Positions 39,741 to 53,375 of a stretch of DNA of 64,000 nucleotides are shown here, piece by piece. The position numbers and the translations under genes are program-made. Within the stretch, counting starts at the first letter, position 1. Each line of letters begins with the position of its first letter. The notes below the pieces were generated by a model. It did no database searches and had not been told where the DNA came from. It saw only the letters and a list, made by a program, of their open reading frames with translations. Source of the stretch: Octopus sinensis (lineage: Eukaryota); NCBI RefSeq assembly GCF_006345805.1, contig NC_043013.1, positions 44,826,001-44,890,000 on the forward strand, written 5' to 3'.

Positions 39741-39845
39741 GGTGATGATGGTGATAATGATGATGATGATGATGATGATGATGATGGTGATGATGATGGT
39801 GGTGGAGGTGGTGGTGGTGGTGGTGGTGGTGGTGGTTGTGGTGGG
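39684..39845. repeat. (GAT)n/(GGT)n microsatellite
   Basis: Direct inspection; intronic, upstream of the signal-peptide exon. Confidence 0.95.
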
Positions 39846-40489
39846 GTAGCAGTTTTTTTCCAACTAGCATTGGTTGTGCAGGTTCTTGTAATTCTAGACG
39901 AGTTCCTAAAAAAAAGGTGCTGATGGTGGTGTTAGACCTAGTGGCGTTACTGTTTATAGCTATAATAGAAATGACACAGAAATGGATGGAAATGGAAGCA
40001 CTCCGTCGGTTACGACGACGAGGGTTCCGGTTGATCCGATCAACGGAACAGCCTGCTCGTGAAATTAACTTGTAAGTGGCTGAGCACTCCACATACACGT
40101 GCACCCCTAACGTAGTTCTCGGGGATATTCAGTGTGACACAGAGAGTGACAAGGCCGGACCTTTTGAAATACAGGTACAACAGAACAAAGTAAGAGTGAG
40201 AGAATTGTGGTGAAGGAGTACAGCAGGATCACCACCATCCCCTGCCGGAGCCTCGTGGAGCTTTTAGGTGTTTTCGCTCAATAAACACTCACAACGCCCG
40301 GTCTGGGAATCGAAACCGCGATCCTATGACCGCGAGTCCGCTGCCCTAACCACTGGGGCATTGCGCCTCCACTGACACAGAAATATTTCTTGTAGGGATA
40401 GTGGTAGCGAAGAAGAAGAAGAAGAAGAAGAAGAAGAAGAAGAAGAAGAAGAAGAAGAAGAAGAAGAAGAAGAAGAAGAAGAGAAGAAG

Positions 40490-41460
40490 AAGAAGAGGGA
40501 TCTGTGGTTGTGTGTTTGTGCCTGTGTATGTTTATATTCTTATTTATGTATGTATTTATTGGTGTGGGGTGGGAGAGGTTACCTCGTTTTCCCCTAGGGT
40601 GGTCAGTGTCTTTGGTGGTGTTTCGCTTGTTGTTGCTGGTAGTTTTACCGGTGCTGGTGTTGGCTATGGTCCTCGTCCCGGCGTAGGCAGCAGTGGAGGC
40701 CTTCGACCCCTCGCACATTTTATCAGTTGAGGGCAGAAAGCTCGCAAATGAGTAGTTTCTCCACAAACGAAACAATGTGGCCTTCTGCCCTGAGTCATTA
40801 TATGCAATACCTATTTCTTTACTACCCACAAGGGGCTAAACACAGAGAGGACAAACAAGGACAGTCAAACGGATTAAGTCGATTATATATGGACCCCAGT
40901 GCGTAACTGGTACTTATTTAATCGACCCCGAAAGGATGAAAGGCAAAGTCGACCTCGGCCGAATTTGAACTCATAACGTAACGGCAGACGAAATACAGCT
41001 ACGCATTTCGCCCGGCGTGTTAACGTTTCTGCCAGCTCGCCACCATTATATGCAATACCATCCCGTTTTGGCAACGGATGCAGTCCGGGGATTCTTTTGA
41101 AGTTTTCGGACTTGATCTAGAGAAATATCTCCAGATCCACCCCGGACCAGCCCTCCCTGGCAGTTTTTGCCACCTCTATCGGAACGGTATCTGACTCTTG
41201 CTCAATCACGCATCCCAGAAGCCACCACATGTCAAGTCTTGGTAGAATCTTTGGAATGTGGACACACACTATTCTTTTCCCATATGGGATGGGTACATAA
41301 TGACTTTTCTGATTTTACAAGGGGCTTCTGACTTAAAAAGCACCGAAATGGTACCATATTGTCTGCCCCTCGGTATCATCCCTGGGCTATTATCGTTGGT
41401 TTCTTAGTCTCTGCTGAGATGCATCTGAAATGAACCATTTTTTTTTTCTTTCTCTACTGC
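40490..41460 (-). mobile_element. LINE ORF1/gag-like fragment (CCHC), interrupted by a family-C SINE
   Basis: CFVCGETTHLRAFCP; shares aggcctccac.gctgcctacgccgggacgaggacca with 25578-25612. Confidence 0.5.
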
Positions 41461-41769
41461 TTCAATTGCTTCTTTTGGTATGGCTAAGTTGACCTAGGTT
41501 TGTTCATACTTGATGAGCATCCATGCCTGGGTTAATATCTCCTATTTGCTTGTGAGGTCTATGTTGTAACGTGGTCTTGTTTTGCTTGGAAGTTTTTCAT
41601 CGTCGCAAACGCGCGCGACACTCCGATGCCAAACCAGCCGGCTGACAAGGTGTTCTTGCAGTTGTTGTTGGTAATATTGGTATTGTTGTTCGCGTTTGGT
41701 GTTGGTTTTATTGCTACTGCTGGTATCGTTAATACCTGCTTGACTGACTGAAGGAACAACATACCTTCC

Positions 41770-42262
41770 ACCAAAAACTGAAGACACAAAAATCCAAAGA
41801 ACTACCGACCAATAACGTGTCTCAACACCATCTACAAGTTCCTCACATCCATACTAACAGAACTCTATCATTCCACAAGCTCAAAAAGGCTGTAAAAGGA
41901 ATTCTTATGGCTGCAAAGATCAATTGCTCGTAAATAAAATGATTGTAGAGAATTGCCGGAGCTAAAAGAAGAATCTGAGTATGACATGAATAGATTACAG
42001 GAAAGCGTTTGATAGTGTCCCACATAATTGGCTACTCAAGGCCCTTGAGTTATACAAGATCTCTCCTGTCGTCTCCAAATTATTATAAGATGGCATGGCC
42101 AAGTGGAATATACGTCTCCTTATAAACCAATGTAATGGGATGAGACAATCTAACAACATAAGCAACAAACGAGGCATCTTTCAAGGTGATTCTCTCTTAC
42201 CATTACTCTTTTGCATGGCACTGATATCACTCTTAAACGCACTGAATAACACCAGGTGTGGG
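41770..42262 (+). mobile_element. R4/Dong-type RT fragment
   Basis: NYRPITCLNTIYK, DYRKAFDSVPH and GIFQGDSL motifs with stops and frameshifts. Confidence 0.75.
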
Positions 42263-42917
42263 TTCAAGGAGCAGGGATGCTAGTAAAAAGCAGAGAGAGT
42301 TAAGAGCCTGGCAGTGAGATAGGGACAAGAGTATGTCTGGGGGTGAGCTGATACCAATCTGTTGTGTGACCCTCATTTGGATGCAACCAAGGATGCCCAG
42401 GTGTGCAGCAGCACCGATCTAGATGTGGCACAAATACACACACACACATGATGGGCTTCTTTCAGTTTCCGCCTACCAAATCTTCTCATAAGGCTTTGGT
42501 CGGCCCGAGGCTATAGTAAAAGACACTTGCCCAAGGTGCCATGCAGTGGGACTGAACCTGGAACCATGTGGTTGGGAATCTGCATCTTTGATCATAAAGT
42601 TTTTAAATTGGTTGTATGGTTAAGAAGTTTGCTTTGCTACCATGTGGTTTGTAGCGGCTCCATTATAGCAGCCGGGCTGCTATAATGAAGCCCTCTATTC
42701 CATACCTAGTCGCCAGATACTACCAAGCAAATATTCTTTAAGATGGCACACACCCTGCCTGCCACTTTTGTTGTGCAACCAGGAAAACAATTCTATGCTA
42801 GCTCTGAGCTAGCCTCAAATGAATACATTACTTGTCATCATAAACTTGGCCAGTATATATGCACTGTCTCGTATGCCATAAGTCTGGACTCCCATGTGAG
42901 AAGAACTGATGGGAACA

Positions 42918-43139
42918 TACGAAGGAGTGCTGGAAAGTTCCTGGCTCTGGATAAAAGTATATACAAGAGGAGCAGTTAATTATGATTTTATTGAACATAT
43001 TCCCCTCTCAGATTCACATACTTATAGCAGCGGTCCTTCGGTTTTTCTAAGCCCTCTAAAAGAACTCGGAATGTTGGGCCCTCAACCAGGCCCTTCGCGA
43101 TACCGTTAAAGCCAGGATCTTTTCAGTACCCACTTCGTA
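42918..43139. mobile_element. Mariner-type MITE (TA-bounded)
   Basis: TACGAAGGAGTGCTGGAAAGTTCCTGGC ... GCCAGGATCTTTTCAGTACCCACTTCGTA; second copy at 45127-45777. Confidence 0.7.
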
Positions 43140-43671
43140 TGCTAGCCTGAAATGAATACATTACAAATGTTTCTGTCTTGATCAGTTGCTTATCCTTAAA
43201 GAGTAAGACCTATTTTCATTCAAGCACTGCTCCAATACTAAGCTGCTGCAAAACAAATATTATAAGCTTAAACTCCCAACCTCAACCAGGACTTCATCAC
43301 TCATGAAGGAGGATCCCACCCTAGACTCCTTCCACTGCTGTCTGTCTCTGGCCGGTTGTTGCCCTAATAGAGTTGGCCAGTATTTGCACCGAATCATATC
43401 CCGTGAGTTTGGACTGCCATGTGAAAAGAACTGAGGTGAAAATAAAGGTGTCACCATTCTTTGGGACTTTAGTACCCAAACCGATCATACTATAAAGGCC
43501 AGTAGACTAGATATTTTGGTAAAAAAAATCATGTTGACAAAACACGTTTACTCATAGATATGCCAATGCCAGCAGACAGCAACACTTTTGTAAAATTATT
43601 TGAAAAATTAAGTAAATATAAGGACCTTATTATATGGTATATCTATCTATCTATCCATCTATCTATCTATC

Positions 43672-43746
<75 letters not shown>

Positions 43747-44186
43747 TTATCTATCTATCTTACTTTAATATTGTTTCGAATGTATATACTATTACACATT
43801 TATTTTCTCGCATATGTACAAAACCAAAATTTTAGGAGAGGGTGCAGGAAATTATATTGATCCTCGGTATTTCACTGATACTTTATTTTGTCGATTTTGG
43901 AAGAATGAAAACAAAGTGGGGGACTGGGTAGATGTGCCATAAAAGGAAAGGGGTGAAAGAATCGATTAAGAGACGAAAATACTTAATTTGAGAAATGTTA
44001 TGACTTACCTTAATTTGTTTTTAATTCTTTCAAACTATATAATATAGTATATAAAAAAAAGCACCCGTTGTTCGAGCTTTGTACACCCTGACTACTCTTT
44101 CATTCATACCGCTTGATTTTATATCGGCATACAAATTTGACAGACAAACAGACAGATAAATAGATAGATAGATAGATAGATAGATC

Positions 44187-44234
<48 letters not shown>

Positions 44235-44386
44235 GTGCGTGAGTGAGTGAGTGAGAGATACATACGTACGTACGTATATAAAGCAGACTGATTGGTTGTT
44301 TGTGTGGTTGTTTGATTGTTGCAAAGGTCGATAAATAGATTGGCTGATAAGCAAATAGATAGATAGATAGTTAGATAGAGAGAGAG

Positions 44387-44472
<86 letters not shown>

Positions 44473-44829
44473 TTGTTGCATTGTTACGAAAATAGATTTG
44501 GCTAATAGAGGTAAATAGACGATTGGAAATTTTTCTTCACTTTCACCACCGCCGCCATCAAAACATCAACACTCACATCAACGATAATACAACAGCAACA
44601 ACAACAACAACAACAACAATACTGAAGGAAAACATAACATTATTTTTTTGTTTTTTGTTGTGTTTTTTTTTTATTTGTCATTTATGCGTTATTGTTTCTT
44701 TTTTAATCACTTTCACGTAAAACAAACATTTTATTTAAAAACCAGTCACAAACACCTGGAGATGATTGTGACGGGTTTTGTTGAAGAGATTAATTAAGGT
44801 GCAGAGTCTTGGTGTTGTCGTTGTTGTAA

Positions 44830-44884
<55 letters not shown>

Positions 44885-45126
44885 TAGTGTTGTTGTTTAT
44901 CCCTAAGAGCAAACCTACAATCAAAAATGATAACCCCAGAGTGTATCAATTTATCCAATGTGTCATTTCGTTTTAAAGAGGCCATTTCCAACAAGGTGAG
45001 TGACCCCCATACAGGCTCCCTCTGTTTTACACTGAAATATGAGATAACGTGTTCTGGTATCGTATGGTGTTCATTGGGTTGTCCTACCTGGAATGGTCGC
45101 TTAAAAGTGAATCAGTATAAAATATT

Positions 45127-45777
45127 TACGAAGGGATGCTGAAAAATTCTTGGCTTTGGGTAAAAAAGAAAATACAGGAGAATCAGCTAATTATGATTTT
45201 ATTCAAAATATTTCCCTCTCGGATTCAAACGCTTCTTGCAGCAGTCCTTCAGTTTTTCTAAGTTCTGTAAAAAAAAAAAGACTCGATAGGTTGGGCCTCC
45301 AGTCAAGCTTTTCACGATACCGTTAAAGCCAGAAAATTTTCAAGAGGTGCAGGAGTGGCTGTGTGGTAATAGCTTGCTAACCAACCACATGGTTCCGGGT
45401 TCAGTCCCACTGCGTGGCATCTTGGGCAAGTGTCTTCTGCTATAGCCCCGGCCGACCAATGCCTTGTGAGTGGATTTGTAGACGGAAACTGAAAGAAGCC
45501 TGTCGTATATATATGTATATATATATATATATATATGTGTGTGTTGTGTGTGTGTGTTGTTTTGTGTGTCTGTGTTTGTCCCCCTAGCATTGTTTGACAC
45601 CGATGCTGGTGTGTTTACGTCCCCGTCACTTAGCGATTCGGCAAAAGAGACCGATAGAATAAGTACTGGGCTTACAAAGAATAAGTCCCGAGGTCGATTT
45701 GCTCGACTAAAGGCGGTGCTCCAGCATGGCCGCAGTCAAATGACTGAAACAAGTAAAAGAGTAAACACCCCTTCGTA
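45127..45777. mobile_element. Mariner-type MITE copy with a family-A SINE inserted in its right TIR
   Basis: Homologous to 42918-43139; right TIR split by the SINE at 45346-45763. Confidence 0.7.
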
Positions 45778-46899
45778 TACGCGGTAATTACCGTGGGGCG
45801 CTTCTGATCACACCATTTGTGCTGGGACATGTGGCCCATCGCCCCCTCTCCCTCCATCGTCTACTGCTTCATCGACCAGCCGCCCACTTTATTTTTCTTT
45901 CTTTTCCTTTCTTATCTCTCTTTTATTCCTGTTTTTTGTTTGTATATAACTTTTATAATTGAAGAAATAAAATAAACTCCAAAAAAGAAATCTATATATG
46001 TAAATGTTTGTTTGTTCGCGACACTACTTTCACGTGCCCTCGGCAACATTTTGTGCAGCCGCGGCTGGCGCCCGTTGTGTGTGAGCACTTCATGTTTTGA
46101 TGCGGATCAACTACAGAAGTAAATATTCATTTGCAGTACACAGTGTTGATGAATGCCAACGAGCGAGAAATGCATTCACATTCTGCCGAGAGCAGGCACC
46201 TTGAAACGGCAGTTGGTGTTTTTCAACACTTATTGCCTGAAGCATGAAAAGATCCAACGACGCTAAACGAGATTTAGTGTATTAGCCTTTTCTTTCTTTC
46301 TTTCTTTCTTTCTCCCTTCTTTCCTTCCTTCCTTCCTTCCGTTGAAATCATACGCTGATTTCATAAACGGTAAAAGTGATAATTATATATATAATATGGG
46401 TTGATAATTCGCAATTTCACAACCTAAAGGCAGAAATATATACGTCACTAAAGTGAGAAAGGGCACTGATCAGCTCCAGTATGGCTAGAAATAAGAGCTA
46501 AAGCAACTCAATAGCCACAGAAAGCACTATTTTAATGACTGACAAGGCGGTGCTCCAGCATCAACTCTTGCTACACATTTTTATGTATCATTTGCTGGCA
46601 ACACGGTTTTAGAGAATCTTAAATTTATCTGTGAATATAGCCTTTTTTTTGTACAGGCCAAATATGTCCCAAACATATTTGAACTGTTCTAAATATCTGT
46701 ATTCATAATCAAATTATTCTTTAAACAAAAGAGGCTCTTATTATTTTCCTTAAAAATGTTAGATTGATAAAACGCTCACTTCGGTATACAGTATACTTAG
46801 TAAAACCAGTAAAGACACGACTATCTCTAACTGCCTACTATGTACTCTCGTACTTCACGTACTTCTCTTTACTTATAGTGACTAGGTTATTCCATTCGT

Positions 46900-48320
46900 G
46901 ACGTGGGAGGGGTGTACCATTATTACTAATTCCCTTATAACAGCTCCAATAGCTTCAACAATTTGTTTCCGTTTCCTTGAGAGGCTATATATTCCCCTTT
47001 GGAAAAGATTACTGTTTTTTGAAGCTACACATTGTTCAGATCAATGCTATCAATACGTTTTTTTTTTTGTTTGCACATTTTTTGTCGCGGATGAAAAGCT
47101 GAAGACGGCGAAATAAATTATAATCTGGTGGTGATAAGGCTGGAAAATATGGTGGTTAATCCAATATTTCGTAATTAAGCTACTGCATTTTGCTTTGGTC
47201 TAGTGGAGGCGCAATGGCCCAGTGGTTAGGGCAGCGGACTCGCGGTCATAGGATCGCGGTTTCGATTCCCAGACTGGGCGTTGTGAGTGTTTATTGAGCG
47301 AAAACACCTAAAAGTTCCACGAGGCTCCGGCAGGGGATGGTGGTGATCCCTGCTGTACTCTTTCACCACAACTTTCTCTCACTCTTACTTCCTGTTTCTG
47401 TTGTACCTTTATTTCAAAGGGCCGGCCTTGTCACTCTCTGTGTCACGCTGAATATCCCCGAGAACTACGTTAAGGGTACACGTGTCTGTGGAGTGCTCAG
47501 CCACTTACACGTTAATTTCACGAGCAGGCTATTCCGTTGATTCGGATCAACCGGAACCCTCGTCGTCGTAACCGACGGAGTGCTTCCACTTTACTTTGGT
47601 CTGGTTTGCTATGTTAGGTCTGATATTATCATGCAAGAATATAGTCCTTCGTCTGATTAGTAATGCCAGATGATTCCTGGAAAATTTGGAAATCATTTCC
47701 TCAATTTGTTGGCTGTGTGATTGGTATGTTATTGTTTCCTCTGGCTGCAGAAACGAATAATGAATGATACTTTGACAATACCACCAAACAGTAATAATAA
47801 CCTTTTGTGGTGAGTGTAAAGAGGGGTTTTGAAACATACTCAGGTGACTCCTCGGAATCTGACCTCTGCGAATATCTTTTAATGTTAGTCATACAGGACA
47901 CATTCGTTTCGTACAAGAAGAAAAGAACTGCAAACGATGCGCCTTGTTGCAGCGCTTAATTCATATGGAAACAATTTGTCTATCGCTGCTAAATGACGCG
48001 CTACGAATGATTTAAAAACCAGCAAATTATTGGCAAAAGATCGAACATTAGTCCTATGATTGGCCTTCACAACATGATTCAGTGTTTCACGATTGACCAC
48101 TGATGGAGGGCATCCGTTGTGCCCATTATTCCGGCACATGTCTCCAGATCAAAATTAGTTCAACCATCTTCTTCCTATTCTCGTAGCGCAAGTTCCTATC
48201 CTTTTTGCAACAGCTTGAAACTGCTCGAGATGCATGTTTACCGTGTTGAAACTCGTACAAAGGCAAAAGTCGGACTTCTCTAAGCAAAGGATGGCCCTTA
48301 AAACTTTCTTATAACCAGCA
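46900..48320 (-). mobile_element. Degenerate mariner transposase interrupted by a SINE (47203-47588)
   Basis: EVRLLPLYEFQHG (HTH), QKVIITVWW..IIHYSFL, FLHDNIRP and PPYFPALSPPDYNLFR (YSPDLAPSD-like). SINE flanked by ~15-bp TSD ttt(g/a)ctttggtct(a/g)g. Confidence 0.8.
47203..47588 (+). mobile_element. tRNA(Arg)-like SINE family B (representative copy)
   Basis: GGCGCAATGGCCCAGTGGTTAGGGCAGCGGACTCGCGGTC...GGTTTCGATTCCC head. Copies at 39992-40372 (-) and 31461-31796 (-); related heads at 36762-37048 (-) and 20591-20921 (+). Confidence 0.88.
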
Positions 48321-48634
48321 ATAAATTTAAGATTCTCTAAAACCGTGTTGCTAGCAAATGATATATAAAAATGTGTAGCAAGAGTTGATGCTGGGGCACC
48401 GCCTTGTCATTCATTAAAATAGTGCTTTCTGTGGCTATTGAGTTGCTTTAGCTCTTATTTCTAGCCATACTGGAGCTGATCTGTGCCCTTTCTCACTTTA
48501 GTGACGTATATATTTCTGCCTTTAGGTTGTGAAATTGCAAATTAGCAACCCATATTATATATATAATTATCACTTTTACCGTTTATGAAATCAGCAAATG
48601 ATTTCAACGGAAGGAAGGAAGGAAGGAAGGAATA

Positions 48635-48681
<47 letters not shown>

Positions 48682-48691
48682 GAAGAAGGAA

Positions 48692-48732
<41 letters not shown>

Positions 48733-48746
48733 AGAAAGAAAGAAAG

Positions 48747-48825
<79 letters not shown>

Positions 48826-50086
48826 AAAGGCCAGGAGTGGCTGTGTGGTAAGTAGCTTGCTAACCAACCACATGGTTCCGGGTTCAGTCCCACTGCGTGG
48901 CATCTCGGGCAAGTGTCTTCTGCTATAGCCCCGGGCCGACCAATGCCTTGTGAGTGGATTTGGTAGACGGAAACTGAAAGAAGCCTGTCGTATATATATG
49001 TGTATATATAATATATAAGTGTGTGTGTATATGTTTGTGTGTCTGTGTTTGTCCCCCTAGCATTGCTTGACAACCGATGCTGGTGTGTTTACGTCCCCGT
49101 CACTTAGCGGTTCGGCAAAAGAGACCGATAGAATAAGTACTGGGCTTACAAAGAATAAGTCCCGGGGTCGCTTTGCTCGAATAAAGGCGGTGCTCCAGCA
49201 TGGCCACAGTCAAATGACTGAAACAAATAAAAGAGTAAAAGAGTAAAAGAGAGAGACTAAATCTCGTTTAGCGTCGTTGAATCTTTTGTAGTAAATTCTG
49301 TGAAAAACACGTTTTCCTACAGTTTCAGTATTTACGGAATCTGTCCGTTTTCTTTTTCTTTCTTTTGTTTTTTCCTTCCTCATTTTTTATTAAAGAAATA
49401 CATGCCATTATGTGTACGGCGACTTAGCATGAGACTTAAAAGATAAGAGCGCTTCTATAATCATATTAATAAAATATTAAACTTAAAATGACATAATATG
49501 ACGATACTTAAGCGATGAATGTCATATAATAGTGTGGAGAATTATACCTGTAATAGAGTTAAAATAATTATGGGATTATGGCATTAACATTGATGTAGCT
49601 AACGTGAGGTGTAAACTTTGGAACAGGGTAGATGCAAAAATCATTGAGTAACTTATTGAGGAGACATATATGGCTAACGTATCTTTTGTTTCATCAAGTA
49701 CCTTCATTCTTCATATAAGGGTTTCATATAAAGACTAAGTATTGTGGTTAGTATGTAGGGGGTGGCTTGAGCGTGTTGGACACATTAAATGTCTCGAGCT
49801 ATGTATGCTATCCATTGGGTCACTTTTTGAAGATGTTACGTAATTTAAGGGAGATTTGGTTAATATTGGTTTCAAATTTTGGCACAAGACCAGTAATTTC
49901 GGGAAGAGGCTAGGCGATTACGTGAACCCCAGTACTCTACTGGTACTTATTTTATCGACCACGAAAGGATGAAATGCAAAGTTGACCGCGACAGAATTTG
50001 AACTCAGAACGTAAAGATAGAGGAAAAAATCTGCTAAGCATTTTGCCCGGCGTGCTAACGATTCTGCCGACTAGATTTAGTTAATA

Positions 50087-50470
50087 CTAGCAGTATCGCC
50101 CGGCGTTGCTCAGGTTTGTAAGGGAAATAACTATAAAGCATTTTTAGAGAGTTATAGCCAAAAAATAGCAAAAAAATGGAAAGAAAATGATGGTAAATTT
50201 TTTTGAGAGTTAAAAAAGGTGGAGTTGCGTCCCCTAGACGGTCTGTGGTTTGGGTTTCTGATTCTCGACCCCATGTCGAATTTATCGATTTTTTTCAGAA
50301 CTGGGGGAACTTTTCAAAATTTTCGCTGCGTTAGTTTTGAATTATGACATTGGGCTATGTGTGTGTCAAGTTTCATCAGAATCGGTTGAAAGCCGTGGTC
50401 AGGGTGAGGGTACAAGCAAACAGACACACAGAAACACGCACAGACAAACTGCCGTTTATATAGAGAGAGA
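50087..50470 (+). mobile_element. Helitron/Helentron-associated non-autonomous element (DINE/HINE-like)
   Basis: Starts ACTAGCAGTATCGCCCGGCGTTGCTC, contains AAGTTTCATCAGAATCGG and a terminal CAGA/CACA microsatellite. Confidence 0.45.
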
Positions 50471-52710
50471 TTACAATCAGGTAGAGGTTATATATAAGCC
50501 AACACTACAAGCCACTAATAATGTTCACAACACATTAATCGATCAATCAATTCTGCTGACCTGGATCTCAGTTTGCAATCATGTTTCGTTGCTACGTTCT
50601 CTTGCTACCGGAATGAGAAGGCTGGGCGCAGCTGTTTGGACGCAGACGATTTGGCACGGCCGACTGGACATTCAACCTGCTTTGGCGATGGTACTTTTTA
50701 TTTCTTTATTGCCCACATAGAGCTAAACATAGAGGGGACAAACAAGGACAGACAAAGGGATTAAGTCTATTACATCGACCCCAGTACGTAGCTGGTACTT
50801 AATTTATCGACCCCGAAAGGATGAAAGACAAAGTCGACCTCGGCAGAATTTGAACTCAGAACGTAACGGCAGACAAAATACCTATTTCTTTACTACCCAC
50901 AAGAGGCTAAACACAGAGAGGACAAACAAGGACAGACAAAGGGATTAAGTCGATTATATCGATCCAAGTGCGCAACTGATACTTAATTTATCGACCCCGA
51001 GAGGATGAAAGGCAAAGTTGACCTCGGCGGAATTTGAACCCAGAACGTAACGACAGACGAAATACCGATAAGCATTTCGCCCGGCGTGCTAACGTTTCTG
51101 CCAGCTCGCCTCCTTAGTACTTTTTGGCAACGGAGAAAAAACACATGTAAACACATGCGCGCGCGCGCAGAAATATGCATATACACAAATCGAGAGAGAG
51201 TGAGAGAGTGAGAGAGAGAGACGGAGAAGGAGAGATACATTATAGTTTATTGATGAAACACGGTTGGTATAAACACGTCTCCCTCCTTATACACTTAAAG
51301 AAATATATGCTCACAATCATAAACAGAAAGGGGCGAGAAGGAGAGAAAGAAAGAAAGAAACATTAAAAGGTCTAATGTCAAACAAGTCAGCATCGAACAG
51401 GTGGTGCTGAAGCGTCTCATATACTACTGTTACTGCTTCACCTGTTCTTTATCCTAAATATGAAGGTGCGTTGTGTAGTGGTTTGGGTGGCAAACATCCG
51501 ATCGTTTCGTTATGGTTTCCATTCTCAGACAGTGCGGCGCGTTGTCTTCTTGAGCAAGACACATCATTTGACTTTTCTTCAGTCCACTCGGATAAAAATG
51601 AGCAGTAGTGACAGCTGCGGAGTTAACCTTGCGACAGGCTGACCTCCCGTTCAACGGGTAAATCTTGTACTCCAGTTCACTTAAACGCCACAGAGACCAG
51701 GATAATGGACACGTAGGTTAGAGACTGACTTTAACTTAACCTAAACCACAGACAACTTAATAAAATTTGGTACTGAATTTACTTTGCGACAGCAACTAAA
51801 CGGTAAACTTTAAACTAGAAATTAAAAACAACTTTTAAAGAACTCTTTACCGTTTTGCCTCTCAATCTTTTTGATTTCGTGACGCACTGAAGATCTAACA
51901 AAAAAATTACTGACGTATTTCACGTGGAGGTTGTTTTAAAAATATGCTTTTAAGTTAAAAATTTAAAGGAAAAAAATGTAGAAATTTTTGCTTACGTCTT
52001 TTTATTAATATTTTTAAAAAACATTATGCAGCAAAATTTTGACTAACATGTTTTTCAAGATGTTCGGTCATGAATGTAGATTTTCCAAAAGAATTTAAAT
52101 TTTTTTTTTTTAAACTGTGATGCACCGAGATATCTCTTGCGGCATAACAGTGCACCGCAGTGTACCACCGTTCGAGAACTAAAGGTCTACTATTTCAAAT
52201 GGCTGTGTCTTGTGTAAAGCCTCCACTCCAGTGTGATCAAATATTTTTTCTTCATTAATGAATGAGGTATCATAATAGTTATGTCAGGAGGAAATGAATG
52301 AACCCCTCCCCTTCGCAGTCCCTCAAGGCCAGTGAGAGTCATACCGTTGAAGACTGATATGGTTAACGTTGCATTTAAACAGTTGAAAGTTGCCGGCTTC
52401 GGGTAAGGAAGGGAATTCTTGGACGACAATAAATCACTTCAACAAGCCACTCACTCCAGCTGTGGCCCGACCTTAATTTATCTACACATAAACAAGCTGC
52501 TCTTATATACAGAGTTGCGGACATAACTATGTGCTTAAGAAGTTGACTTTGCCTTGTGATTTCGCGCTCAGTCTCACTGCGCAGCACCGTGGGTAGCTGT
52601 CTTTTACCATAGTCCTGGGTCAACCACTGCCTTGTGAGTGAATGTGATGGACAGAAACTGTGTAGAAGCCCATCATATGTGTGTGTGTGTCTGTGCCTGT
52701 GTGTGTGCGT

Positions 52711-52784
<74 letters not shown>

Positions 52785-52819
52785 CTGTGTACGTGTGTGT
52801 GCGTGTACGTGTGCGTGTC

Positions 52820-53080
52820 TTTGCCTGCTTTATTGTTCCTTGAAAGCTTCTCAATTTTAGGCTTCAAACTTGTTGATGCTAAGAGCAAGATATTCTCAAG
52901 ATGATTATCAGTTAATATTGGTCTCAAATTCTTAGTTTGCTTCAATTTGGAAAATAGTAGTTCACATTGATAAGTGCTTCCAAACATAGATGCCATCTTT
53001 TTTTGCATGATTCACTAAGTTGGTATGCTTCCCACTTGGAAATATATATTTTGCATAGAAGTCAATCAATGAAACATCTT
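52820..53080 (-). mobile_element. hAT (Charlie/GTF2IRD2-like) transposase C-terminal dimerisation fragment
   Basis: [51 protein letters not shown]. Confidence 0.8.
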
Positions 53081-53299
53081 GTGGACTTGATGGCTTGAGA
53101 TCCCACCATTAGCAGCAATGATATGTTAAAAATTCATCATAGTGTCCTTCACTCGAGCGTGTGTGCAGAGCCCTCTCTTGGTGCAAGGCCTAATTTGAAC
53201 AAATCTAATTGGCTTAAAACCGGCCCTGCATATATGGGTCCCGTAAGTTTTGAAAATTCGTATATGGATTCAACAACGAATAAGTTTAGGAACACTTTA

Positions 53300-53375
53300 T
53301 TAGATACATTCATTAGTTTTGACGTCAAACATCCAGCGAAATGGGAAGGTGGGTGACTTTTTCGATCCTCGATAT
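53300..53375 (-). CDS. Candidate terminal exon of an unidentified upstream gene
   Basis: gcttttttcttccgttag|A TAT CGA... gives YRGSKKSPTFPFRWMFDVKTNECI*, with AATAAA overlapping the stop. Confidence 0.25.

Larger units (their letters stand above)
46247..49287. repeat. Long inverted repeat: arms 46247-46628 and 48321-49287
   Basis: ~380 bp near-identical in reverse complement; the right arm has an expanded (GAAA)n and a SINE insertion. Confidence 0.9.

Noticed and set aside
39535-40104. His-rich 189-aa ORF resembling a cephalopod beak His-rich protein
   Set aside because: Poly-His comes from an intronic (GAT/GGT)n tract and the start lies in a SINE; only the last 64 nt before the donor form a real exon.
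47203-47280. tRNA-like sequence (also at 20591 and SINE-A heads)
   Set aside because: Head of a dispersed SINE continuing into a shared body with TSD; not a tRNA gene.
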